From IMG/VR virus record IMGVR_UViG_3300010885_057925, positions 1 through 64,000 of that record: a DNA stretch of 64,000 nucleotides; one strand, written 5' to 3'. Source of the DNA: a virus. Shown here piece after piece: positions 17,046 to 26,138 of this stretch (position 1 is the stretch's first letter; each line of letters starts with the position of its first letter). A model generated the notes under the pieces. It was not told the origin of the DNA, did not search any database, and saw nothing but the letters and a program-made list of their open reading frames with translations. Position numbers and translations under genes: made by a program.

Positions 17046-17858
17046 TCAATACGGAGGAGTATACATGTCCTCTGGAAAATGACCGAGACTTAGTATGATC
17101 TCGTCAATAACTTTCGCTGTTTGCTCGCAATCATGCACCCTGATCGATCGATTGAAAGATTTGAGAGCCTCGTATATCTCGAAATCGTTTCCCATGGGAT
17201 CGCAGCGATCGCCTACGAACCAGACCACATCGGACGGGAAGTGTCGAAGGACATATGACTTGTCCCATCCCTCTGGATAGATGTCGAAAGACGTCGATCC
17301 ACCGAGCTTGACCGTAAGCTTCTTGCTGAGAGCGTACAGACGATCACGAAGAGTGACCAGAGTTGCGATTCTCAAGTTCGACTTCTCGTCGATCCTTTCG
17401 AACTCCTCACGATCTTCATGCCCTGCCTCACGTCCAATCGGGCACCAGTTCATCATCGAACCTCGATACGATACGAACTGACCTGTCAGGGGAAGTTCAG
17501 GTACAACCTCCATGAGGTCTCCCTGCATCGCGTTTAATATCTTGTGAAATTGCCGCCAATCATTTCCCAAGTAATCTCTCATCGAAATCGATGGGGTCTG
17601 AGACTTCCACGAACCTTCCACATGGATCCAGTGCTCAGTTCCGTTGCAGGAAAAAACCTCTAAACCTTTCTCGAAGAGCTCGTGATCAACCTGCTCGATA
17701 ACGTACGCTAGCGTGGAGCCGGTTACTATTCCGACCCTAGCACATTGTAAGAGCTCGACCAGCTTATCCCTATTCTTTCTCGTGATCTTCTTGCGTGGGG
17801 GTGTTAAAGTCCCGTCGAGATCGAAGAGGACTATCGTTCTATTGTTCATGTTGTACAA
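17046..17858 (-). CDS. Eukaryote-type phosphomannomutase (HAD-IIB, PMM/Sec53-like)
   Basis: LFDLDGTLTPPR, VTGS, RGSMMNWCPIGR, GGSTSFDIYPEGWDK, FVGD...GNDFEI. Confidence 0.88.
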   Translation of the reverse strand: MYNMNNRTIVLFDLDGTLTPPRKKITRKNRDKLVELLQCARVGIVTGSTLAYVIEQVDHELFEKGLEVFSCNGTEHWIHVEGSWKSQTPSISMRDYLGNDWRQFHKILNAMQGDLMEVVPELPLTGQFVSYRGSMMNWCPIGREAGHEDREEFERIDEKSNLRIATLVTLRDRLYALSKKLTVKLGGSTSFDIYPEGWDKSYVLRHFPSDVVWFVGDRCDPMGNDFEIYEALKSFNRSIRVHDCEQTAKVIDEIILSLGHFPEDMYTPPY

Positions 17859-18491
17859 TTAGTATCCAAATGCTTCTATCGTATGCTTAAAAGGATTGCC
17901 CGGAATCTCTCGAACCTGATTCAGCATCTCCTCGGCCAGCCAGCAGATCTCTCGTTGAGCGTCTGGCTTCATCCTGAGACCCAGGAAATGGTTGAGCGAG
18001 CGCCAGTTGAACATGACGTCAGCAGTGATCTGATTACCATAGGGAAGGTAGAAGCGAGCACTTTCCTTAGCACGCTTGCGACTCATTCCGCCTGCCACAA
18101 GACGCTCGAGAGTGTCATGGTAGCGCATGAGAGCGTCCTCCATGAAAGCGATGTAGCGAGCCTGCTCATCGAGCGGCCAGTCCTTCGGGAGGTAGTACTT
18201 GTCGTCCTTCAACTCTTTGTACCTTGCACTTTCGGCGTTGCAGCTCGTGCCGATACGATGTTTGAGGAGCTGCACGTGTGTGGCGACCTCGGTTGTCACA
18301 AGGAAATGCAGATTTGACTTCTCGAACGGTGACTCATGTCCATTCTCGGCCAGCATTTTCAGGAGCGAGGGGATTCTCGCTTGCTTCTCCTCGGAGAGCT
18401 CCCGGCTTGTGCTCGTCCACGCCGAGAGAGCGTGGGTCTCGTCGCCACCATACCAACCGACCAATTCTACCTTGTTGTCCTGAAAGGGCAT
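17859..18491 (-). CDS. thyX: FAD-dependent thymidylate synthase
   Basis: GHESPFE; QLLKHR..S.NAESARY (ThyX motif with K in place of R); AKESARFYLP; LR..PDAQREI. Confidence 0.92.
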   Translation of the reverse strand: MPFQDNKVELVGWYGGDETHALSAWTSTSRELSEEKQARIPSLLKMLAENGHESPFEKSNLHFLVTTEVATHVQLLKHRIGTSCNAESARYKELKDDKYYLPKDWPLDEQARYIAFMEDALMRYHDTLERLVAGGMSRKRAKESARFYLPYGNQITADVMFNWRSLNHFLGLRMKPDAQREICWLAEEMLNQVREIPGNPFKHTIEAFGY

Positions 18492-18696
18492 ATCGTAACT
18501 TACTCCTGATTTGCTTGTCCCAGATGATCTCGAAACCCCACTGCAAGATAGTCAGAGTGGAACCAGTTAGGAACACGATCCCCGCCGAATCCCTTACATT
18601 GTTTGTGAACATGTAGGCGATCGAGAAGCTGTAACACATGGAGAAGAATCTCCACGTGATGACTTTGGTTAAGAGCTCGATCTTCGCAGTCTTCAC
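18334..18696 (-). CDS. DUF2061-like small membrane protein (3' end overlaps thyX)
   Basis: KVITWRFFS...two transmembrane helices...FEIIW pattern. Confidence 0.6.
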   Translation of the reverse strand: MKTAKIELLTKVITWRFFSMCYSFSIAYMFTNNVRDSAGIVFLTGSTLTILQWGFEIIWDKQIRSKLRYALSGQQGRIGRLVWWRRDPRSLGVDEHKPGALRGEASENPLAPENAGREWT

Positions 18697-18697
18697 T

Positions 18698-19300
18698 TTA
18701 GTCCAGAACGTAGTTCAGTTCGATCTTGCAGGTGAGAGTCGGGACTCTAAGCTCATTCGCGATATTGTGGAGCTTGGCCTCCTGACCGTCGAGGTACCAG
18801 TCTGCGTGTCCCTTCTCGTGGACAAGCTTGAGGAAGTAATCCGAGGGCTTACCACAGTTACGAGCCATCATCTCGTATACCTTCCTGTTGAGGCGCTCGA
18901 CCTCCTTAGCGTTCGTCTTGATCTCCTCGACCTTACCGAAGGAGCCAGAAGAGACGTCGTGGATCATAAGAGTTGCATCCGGATCCATGTAACGCATCCC
19001 CTCGGCGCCGAAGCTGAAGAGAAGGGCGCCGCAGCTCATCGCTTTACCCTCGACGATGGTTGCCACCGGGATTCGGGAAGCCTTGACGGCGGAGATCATC
19101 GCCATGAGAGAGTAGACCTGACCACCGTAGGAATCGATGACGACAGGAATCACCGACTGACCTGTGTTCTGCGCGCGGCTCATGAGATCCACAAACTCCT
19201 TCGCCGACTCCTCATCGAACTCGTTGACCCTAATGATGATGGGATCGACCTTAAGCTCGACTGCCTTGATGTGATTGGAAACATCTGCGATAAAGTTCAT
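18698..19300 (-). CDS. clpP: ClpP-like serine protease
   Basis: Likely start MNFIAD at 19300; IDSYGG, AMSCG (Ser), MIHD (His), DWYL (Asp). Confidence 0.88.
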   Translation of the reverse strand: MNFIADVSNHIKAVELKVDPIIIRVNEFDEESAKEFVDLMSRAQNTGQSVIPVVIDSYGGQVYSLMAMISAVKASRIPVATIVEGKAMSCGALLFSFGAEGMRYMDPDATLMIHDVSSGSFGKVEEIKTNAKEVERLNRKVYEMMARNCGKPSDYFLKLVHEKGHADWYLDGQEAKLHNIANELRVPTLTCKIELNYVLD

Positions 19301-19349
19301 TGCATATCCTGTCTGTGTTAGGTTAGTAATTTTTTCTGCTGGTTGCTTT

Positions 19350-22300
19350 TCACTTGCATTTCGAATACCCGCACGACTTGCAGGAAAGACATCCTTCCTG
19401 ATAGACGAGCTCGGGATTGCCACACTCTGGGCACCCCTTTTCGCTTGACTTGGTACCATCCTTGATGTATCCCTTGAGGACCCGAGCGATCACCCGGGCA
19501 TATGAAAACATATCACTATTCTTATCCTTTTGCAACTGCTCCACAACATAATGAAGCGGAACTTCATGCCGCAGGGCGAGCGAGATAGTTCTCGTGAACG
19601 CGCCCTGCGTCGGATTGTCGAAAAGATTCACGATGTCCTTGAAAACGAGATTATCGTCCTCTCCGACTGGAACAAGCAGGTTGTAGGTTGCGACTCCGTC
19701 GCGCTTTCCATTCTTTACGAGCGTTCCCGATTTGTATTTCTTCGGAATCTCGATATTCTCTGGAATTCCGCAGAAAACCTCGTAAGGCTTTCCTTCGTTC
19801 AGGCCGATGAGGACGAGCCAAGATTCTGGAGTATCGCCGTTCCTGATATTGACCCTGTGGATATCACTGGGGAGCGACTTCGGGCGCTTCGGTACCAGAC
19901 GCCCGTCGTCAGCCTTCTTACTCTCCTTCTTCGGTTCATCAGCAGCTACAAGAACGCCCGCCCGACAGCCGTCGCGATAGACGGTGAATCCCTTGCACCC
20001 CGTCTTCCAGGCCTTCATGTAGACATCGTTGACCGTTTCGCGTGTTGCTGTGTTCGGCAGGTTACAGGTCTTGGAGATCGAGTGATCGATCCATTTCTGG
20101 GCAGCAGCCTGAATCTCAACAGACTTGGACCAATCGATGTCGTTCGCAGTTCCACCCCAGTAAGGACTCTCCCGTGGATCCGACTTTCCGGTGACATCCA
20201 TCCACTTTTTGAACCAGTGATGATAGACCGTATACTCCTGCCACTTGTCACCCAAGGGATCGACGTAGTCCTCTCTGGAAGTAAGATCACCCTGTGTTAT
20301 CTTACGACGACGCTTGTAGGAGAGCATGAACGCAGGCTCGATGCCAGACGTCGTACGGGTGAGGCAAGAGACTGAACCCACTGGCGCCGTGGTTGTGAGA
20401 GCGATGTTACGACGCCCCGTAGTCTTCCACATGTCGAGAGCATCATGATGGAGAGCGCTGGTAGCCCCCATGACTCCCTTCAGGTACTCGTGATCCTTCT
20501 CCTTCTCATAGTCCCAGACTGGGAACGCACCACGTTCCCGTGCCATCACAAGGGAGGAGTAGTGAGAGTACTTCGCGAGCCAACTGTAGATCACCTCGGT
20601 CATGTGAATCGAATTGTCAGATCCGTACTTGAGCCCAAGAGCTGCGAGAGCATCTCCAAGACCTGTGATACCGAGACCGGTCCGACGACCGTTAAGCCCG
20701 GCGGCTCGAATCTTGTTCCAGAGATCACGCTCGATCCGCTTCACGTGATCGGGCTGAGGATCACTCTCGATCTTCTCCAAAATGCGATCAACACATTCGA
20801 CCTCAAGATCGACGAGATCGTCCATGAGACGCTGGGCTGAGTAAACCGTCACACCGAATTCAGTGAAATCAAACTCTGCGTTCTCGGTGAACGGGTCCTT
20901 CACGAAAGACGTCAGGTTGACGACCATCAAGCGGCAGCTATCGTACGGACTGAGAGGGATTTCTCCGCAGTTCTTCACGCAAATGCCAGAAGACTCAACG
21001 AACCGCTCATCCTCGCCGGAAGTGATGACGAAGTAGTTGTGGTTGTCGTCCACAGTGATATTGAAGACATCCTCGTGTCCCACGGACTCAACAGACACAA
21101 CCTTGTGGTTGTTGATCACAGCACTCTTGAAGTTGCTGAACCTGCCAAACCTAAAGTCGTTGGCGAGGTGGAGGGGCGCACCGACATCCCTTGCGTGATC
21201 GATCCACGCCTTTCTCGTGAGCTGGCCCTGCTGATCAAAGATGCGCCGTCCCATCTCGATCAGCTGTTCGTTCGTGAATCCGCTGTACCTGCCATTCTGC
21301 TCTCCCGGATGGGAGGCGAACTTCTCCTGCCACTCTGCGTCCATGCGATGGTACGGATTGTTGGATCCCCGCATCTTGACAGCATGGAGCTCGCGGTGCT
21401 CATCGTGCGTCATGACAGTCAGGTTGTCGATGCTGTCATTCAAGCAATCGAAGTCAGCGTGATGAATGGCGTGTGTCTTGGCGTCCACGCTGCCCCTCAG
21501 GAACTCGTGGATCAGGCGGTACTGGCGCCTGTTCCTAAAACCCTCACCCTGGAGCTTCTCACCTGTGTTGCAGACCTGTCGGTACCCGTTCGAGTTGAAG
21601 GAGTTGAAGGGGACAATGCTATCTCCGGGCTGCAGATCGCACAGATTTCTGTAAGTCAGGTCCTTCAGGAGGATCTTGTGATCCGGCGTTGCCCTCAGTG
21701 TCGATCCGTCATCGAGTGTGAGCTTCCAGATCTCCTTCTTCTCTCCCGTGAGTCGAGGGTTCCTGCCCATCTTGACGACCGTCTTTCCTGACTGGAGGTC
21801 GACCGAGTAGACCGGAACATCTCTCCCCTCAGCAGCGAGCTGAGCGATCGAGACCGCGTTCCTACCGTCGGCAACAGCGATCAGGGCGTCGCCCGTGATA
21901 CACGGATTGGTGCTGATGGTCTTGTAGCCCAGGTCCTGGTAACGATCCACGATGCCGTTGTCGATAACCGTGTCCCAGAAGAGCGCACCTGGCTCCGCCG
22001 AGGCCCACGCGGCGTCGATAAACTTGTCCCAGACATGCTTCGCGTTAACGACCTTCGTGATCTGAGCCGAATCTGCCGGCTCCTCGACGGGCCAACGCAA
22101 TGTGAATTCGCTACCGCTCTCAACAGCCCGCATAAACTCATCGGTGAATCGGATGCTAATGTTAGCTCCCGTCACCTTTTTGAGGTCACGCTTTATATCG
22201 ATGAATGTCTCAATCTCGGGATGACGGCAATCGATCGTGAGCATGAGCGCGCCACGACGACCGCCCTGGGCAACCTCACGACAGGAGTTAGAGAAGCGCT

Positions 22301-22784
22301 CCATGAAGACGCCGATACCGTCTGTCGTACGCGCTGCGTTCGAGGTCGGTTGTCCCTTCGGACGGATGGTGGAGATATCGAATCCCACACCACCGCGTCG
22401 TTTCATGATCTGGACCTGCTCCTGATCCGAGAAAAGAATACCGCCATACGAATCGTTGGGCTGCTCGATGACAAAGCAGTTGGATAACGACTGCAGCTGG
22501 TATGGATTACCAATACCTGACATTGGAGATCCCTGCGGCACGATGTACTTGAAGTCACGTAACAGGCTGTAGATGCTCTCCTCATCCATCGGATTCGGGT
22601 ACTTTCTCTCGATCCTAGCAAATTCGCGAGCAAGACGACGATGCATCATGTCGGGGTCCGCCTCGAGCAGATTGTCGTCAGCGTCACGAAGCGCGTACTT
22701 CATGAAAACGTCTGGTGCCAACTCGTCATTCTCAAAGTAAGCATTAGTACGCTCACGAACTTCATTCTTGGTGTAAGACATCAT
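19350..22784 (-). CDS. nrdJ: Class II (B12-dependent) ribonucleotide reductase with intein
   Basis: SNCFV, GGVG, QGGRRGA, NP[intein]CGE, TTAPVGS, SGIEP, SISKTCN, KGFTVYRDG and a C-terminal CxxC...CxxC. Confidence 0.93.
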   Translation of the reverse strand: MMSYTKNEVRERTNAYFENDELAPDVFMKYALRDADDNLLEADPDMMHRRLAREFARIERKYPNPMDEESIYSLLRDFKYIVPQGSPMSGIGNPYQLQSLSNCFVIEQPNDSYGGILFSDQEQVQIMKRRGGVGFDISTIRPKGQPTSNAARTTDGIGVFMERFSNSCREVAQGGRRGALMLTIDCRHPEIETFIDIKRDLKKVTGANISIRFTDEFMRAVESGSEFTLRWPVEEPADSAQITKVVNAKHVWDKFIDAAWASAEPGALFWDTVIDNGIVDRYQDLGYKTISTNPCITGDALIAVADGRNAVSIAQLAAEGRDVPVYSVDLQSGKTVVKMGRNPRLTGEKKEIWKLTLDDGSTLRATPDHKILLKDLTYRNLCDLQPGDSIVPFNSFNSNGYRQVCNTGEKLQGEGFRNRRQYRLIHEFLRGSVDAKTHAIHHADFDCLNDSIDNLTVMTHDEHRELHAVKMRGSNNPYHRMDAEWQEKFASHPGEQNGRYSGFTNEQLIEMGRRIFDQQGQLTRKAWIDHARDVGAPLHLANDFRFGRFSNFKSAVINNHKVVSVESVGHEDVFNITVDDNHNYFVITSGEDERFVESSGICVKNCGEIPLSPYDSCRLMVVNLTSFVKDPFTENAEFDFTEFGVTVYSAQRLMDDLVDLEVECVDRILEKIESDPQPDHVKRIERDLWNKIRAAGLNGRRTGLGITGLGDALAALGLKYGSDNSIHMTEVIYSWLAKYSHYSSLVMARERGAFPVWDYEKEKDHEYLKGVMGATSALHHDALDMWKTTGRRNIALTTTAPVGSVSCLTRTTSGIEPAFMLSYKRRRKITQGDLTSREDYVDPLGDKWQEYTVYHHWFKKWMDVTGKSDPRESPYWGGTANDIDWSKSVEIQAAAQKWIDHSISKTCNLPNTATRETVNDVYMKAWKTGCKGFTVYRDGCRAGVLVAADEPKKESKKADDGRLVPKRPKSLPSDIHRVNIRNGDTPESWLVLIGLNEGKPYEVFCGIPENIEIPKKYKSGTLVKNGKRDGVATYNLLVPVGEDDNLVFKDIVNLFDNPTQGAFTRTISLALRHEVPLHYVVEQLQKDKNSDMFSYARVIARVLKGYIKDGTKSSEKGCPECGNPELVYQEGCLSCKSCGYSKCK
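20970..21902 (-). mobile_element. Intein (about 311 aa) with HNH endonuclease in the NrdJ active-site NPC motif
   Basis: Starts CITGDALIAVADG; block B TPDHKIL; HNH segment IHH.D....ND..DNL.....H...H; ends VFNITVDDNHNY...ICVKN before CGEIPL. Confidence 0.92.
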
Positions 22785-22790
22785 TTCTCC

Positions 22791-24182
22791 CTATTTGCTG
22801 CCTGTCACTTCTTGCCATTTCTTACGCAAAAGCTTTTTTGCGTCGTTTCCGTCTTGAGTCATAGATTCCTGTAAAGTCAAGCTATTCTCGTCAAGAATCT
22901 TAATCCTAGATTGCGATGTATCGATGTGAATAGGAAAAAGAATCCCATCTCGACCAGCTCGGTTTTTCGCCACGAAAAGCCGACCCGAACCATCAGCTTT
23001 TTCGCTGGGTTTTCTCGAGATCGACACGACAACGTCTGCTACCATCGCCTTTCCGTATGCCTCACTCATGTTCTCGAGGCCGACAACCTCTGCTCCCGAC
23101 GCCTCACGATTCGCCTGCGAAGCAGTCCAGATGGGAATGTTGAGCTCCATGGCAAGGTTTCTAAGCTCTTCGTATACAAGCTTCAGCTCGTGACGAAGGG
23201 AGTCGAAAGTCCTCGAGGATCTCATGATGTCGGCGTAGTCAATGATGATCAGACTCGGTACAAATCCCTTCAGATTAAGCTTCTCGATATGATTTCTAAG
23301 CATCTGAACCGTTGCTGTGCCGGTTGGGTACTCCTTGATGATCAGGCGCCCGAGATCCATCGTCTCGTAATTCTTTAGAATCTCTTCCTTCATGTCAGGA
23401 ACATCGTTCGATGGGACCCCGCAGAGGTTAGAGTCGTACCGCAGGCCAACTGCTGTCTCGGTGAGCTCAAAAGTGTAGTGAACGACATTTTTGCCCATCT
23501 TGAGAGCATGCGCTCCCATCGCTGTCAACCAGTGACTCTTGCCAACACCCGTCGGAGCGACGACGACTCCGAGCTCTCCTCGACCGAGACCACCCCGGAG
23601 GATGTCCTTACCATCGAGAACGTCTAGTCCGGTGGGACATGGGTTGCGGTTAATCTTGACAAATCGAGCCTCGGCGTCCTCAAAGAAGTCGTGACCCGTG
23701 CTATTCGCCATGCCGACAGAGACTGCTTTCTTCATCAGATCTACGACGGACTCGAACTTGTCGGTTGCCACCATCTCGACTGCCTTCTCAAGAGCCTCAC
23801 GGAAAGCCTGCCGCTTGCAGAAATCGAGAGACTTCTCCTTCACGTAGCCGAGATCTCCCGGGTCAGGGTTGGCCCGCATGCGGTGAAGGAAGTCGATGAT
23901 CTGATCCTTCAGAATAGCGTCAGGACCCTGCTGCAGATCCTCCTTGATAATCGACACCAGAAGCTGCATCGTTGGGAAGCACTTGAACTTCTCGAAGTGC
24001 TTGAAATATCGATCGGTCAGGAAGGCAAGGTACTTCAGGTCGAAGTAGTCTGGCCGCATTACCTCAACCATCTGCGCTGCCCAGATATGATCCGTCAGCA
24101 AGCTCTGGAAGATTTTTTCTTGAAACGACTTGCCGTACTGGCGAAACAGAGCTTCGCCTGCGTTGATTTCGTTCTGAGTCAT
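22791..24182 (-). CDS. Replicative SF4 helicase (T4 gp41/DnaB-like)
   Basis: GLGRGELGVVVAPTGVGKS, IIIDYAD, WTASQANR, KNRAG. Confidence 0.92.
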   Translation of the reverse strand: MTQNEINAGEALFRQYGKSFQEKIFQSLLTDHIWAAQMVEVMRPDYFDLKYLAFLTDRYFKHFEKFKCFPTMQLLVSIIKEDLQQGPDAILKDQIIDFLHRMRANPDPGDLGYVKEKSLDFCKRQAFREALEKAVEMVATDKFESVVDLMKKAVSVGMANSTGHDFFEDAEARFVKINRNPCPTGLDVLDGKDILRGGLGRGELGVVVAPTGVGKSHWLTAMGAHALKMGKNVVHYTFELTETAVGLRYDSNLCGVPSNDVPDMKEEILKNYETMDLGRLIIKEYPTGTATVQMLRNHIEKLNLKGFVPSLIIIDYADIMRSSRTFDSLRHELKLVYEELRNLAMELNIPIWTASQANREASGAEVVGLENMSEAYGKAMVADVVVSISRKPSEKADGSGRLFVAKNRAGRDGILFPIHIDTSQSRIKILDENSLTLQESMTQDGNDAKKLLRKKWQEVTGSK

Positions 24183-24190
24183 GAGCTCTC

Positions 24191-25186
24191 TTAAGTATGA
24201 AGAAGGTGACTTGTCAGTTGGAAGAAAACTCGCTCTCGATCGAAATTGTTTATTCCGGACCTGACGAGTAACCTGAGATATTCCATCTTATTGGCCTCTG
24301 GCCTAAATGATTCGAGTCCAGATTCGATTTTTCCGACTTGATTTCCCGAGAGGGAAGAGACATCGAGGTTCATAAGCTGCCAGTTGAGCCGCGCTTCGTC
24401 CGCACCTTCCACTATGCTTCGGAGCAGCTGTGGACCCTTCGGGGTGACCCGCGCGGCAGCCATGTTGACAATGTCATCCGGACTGAGCAAAGCCTCTCCA
24501 GCGACCTCCGGGAAGCGTTTAGCCATGGTCTTCCATCCAGCTCCTTCGATACCCGGAATTCCGTCCGCACCGTCACCGACAAAGCATCGAGTCGACACGA
24601 AGTTCCTCGCTGTGCACCCGAAGCGGGTCAGAACGTCAGGTTCGTTAACGAAAGACTTCGAAGTTGGGCTCCAGATCCTCACACGACCGTCGAGAAGCTG
24701 GTAGTAGTCCTTGTCGGACGACATGATGACACAAGGATCGTCCTTTAAGCGGTAGCGGGCAACGTAAGCGATGACGTCGTCAGCCTCACAGTCGGTGACG
24801 TAGCTCTGCTGGACAGGTAAAAGCTTCAGAATCTGAACAAGAGTCGCAACCTGCCAGTTCCTGTTTCCCACAGTGTCGGGAATATCGCCCTCGTAGTACC
24901 TGTTGAGCTTTTGGGGCTTCCGTTTCGTCTTGTACTCGGAGAAAAGTGCCCGACGTCTGGGAGAGCCACCGCCCTCCCAGACAACGATGACCCGTCGTGG
25001 GCTCAGAAACTCACATTTCTGCCCAAGCTCGTTCAGAAAACCCACAATTCCACCGACAGCCTGCCCGTTGGCACCCAACGTGGGGTTCGCGCAGAAATGT
25101 CGCGTAAAACAGTTGAGCTAAAGACCGTCAATTAGGAGTGTTGGTCTCCCACTGACGGTCTTCTCCTTTAAAGTTAGAGATTGCAT
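24191..25186 (-). CDS. 5'-3' exonuclease/RNase H (FEN-like) with in-frame TAG at codon 23
   Basis: From ATG 25186: MQSLTLKEKTVSGRPTLLIDGL*LNCFTRHFCANPTLGANG..., then RR..Y.EYK..R, EADD, SSDKD and GDGADGIPG. The ORF track reports only 24191..25078, which lacks the first catalytic motif. Confidence 0.85.
25121..25162 (-). promoter_or_regulatory. Stem-loop ending at the CTT codon before the in-frame TAG (candidate recoding signal)
   Basis: AAGACCGTCAGTGGGAG-accaaca-CTCCTAATTGACGGTCTT, with a perfect 10-bp outer stem. Confidence 0.7.
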
Positions 25187-26138
25187 TTTCTATCGTTCCT
25201 TGAAAGTTTTCGGTTAGGTTCTTCTGCCAGATACAACAAAAACTATAACCTGATTGGATCGCGAGTTCAGCTTTCATTCTGTCTCTCGACCGAATCTCTG
25301 CAGCACGAACGTCTCGACGCTCATCGTAATGATTCTCAGAATACAGCTCAGGATTGAAGTGCCAGTAATCTCCGTTAATCTCTATCATCAGATTTAATTC
25401 TTCAACGAAGATGTCATACACTCGATTCTTAATTCGATGTGAATGCTTACAAGTGAATCTTTCACTCAAGTAATCAAATACGTCTTTTTCGATTTGGCTT
25501 CTCCACAGCCCGTTTCCGCGGTCAAACGCGCCGTCCTCCCACATCCTGCGAGTTCTTTCAGAAATTTTTTCGCGAACTACCTCACTGTGGTTTCGCCCTT
25601 TCATCCAGCAAGTTCCACCGTTCTTAAAGAATCGAAGCTTGGCTTGCTTCATTTTCTGCTTTGTTTCTTCTGACATCTTGAATCTTCTACCTGTCATTTT
25701 TTGAGAGAATTTTTCGTAGATGCCGTTTCTTATCTTAGTTTCTTTAGCTTTCGCAGCGCCCGCAATCAACGATTCCTTAGTTCGCAGCGGCCCAACTTCT
25801 TCGATCCTCTTCTTTAGAGACTCAGATATCTTCTTCTTAGTCTCTTGTGTATGACGAACCCCAACATGACTCGCTGCAATTTTTTTCTTTCGTTCCTCGG
25901 GCATGGGGCCATGCTTTCGCCCTTTATTGACTTTAACGCTAGCGATGTTTCTTCTATTCATCGCGGTTTTCCACGCTACCTCAGAGTATTTTTCCTCTCC
26001 AAGCTCGTGCTTCAACATTTTGATAGTTTTATTTCTCCCGAATCCCCATAAAGCTCTGACTTCATCGATCGTTGAGCCATTCAAAAACGCCGCTACACCA
26101 ACTTCAACGCTTTCAGACAAGCTAGCCTCCATGAACAC
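25128..26138 (-). CDS. Free-standing homing endonuclease (NUMOD3 repeats plus Vsr/EDxHD-like nuclease)
   Basis: Repeats HTQETKKKISES, MSEETKQKMK and HSEVVREKISE; C-terminal SQIE...YDIF...IEINGDYWH...D..K. It is more AT-rich than its flanks and overlaps the start of the exonuclease gene. Confidence 0.85.
   Translation of the reverse strand: MFMEASLSESVEVGVAAFLNGSTIDEVRALWGFGRNKTIKMLKHELGEEKYSEVAWKTAMNRRNIASVKVNKGRKHGPMPEERKKKIAASHVGVRHTQETKKKISESLKKRIEEVGPLRTKESLIAGAAKAKETKIRNGIYEKFSQKMTGRRFKMSEETKQKMKQAKLRFFKNGGTCWMKGRNHSEVVREKISERTRRMWEDGAFDRGNGLWRSQIEKDVFDYLSERFTCKHSHRIKNRVYDIFVEELNLMIEINGDYWHFNPELYSENHYDERRDVRAAEIRSRDRMKAELAIQSGYSFCCIWQKNLTENFQGTIENAISNFKGEDRQWETNTPN

Noticed and set aside
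25118-25120. Genome-wide TAG reassignment (genetic code 15) as the explanation of the internal stop
   Set aside because: The long genes contain no internal TAG, several genes end properly in TAG (571, 16165, 60708, 61315), and readthrough would insert two residues into the DGxN motif.
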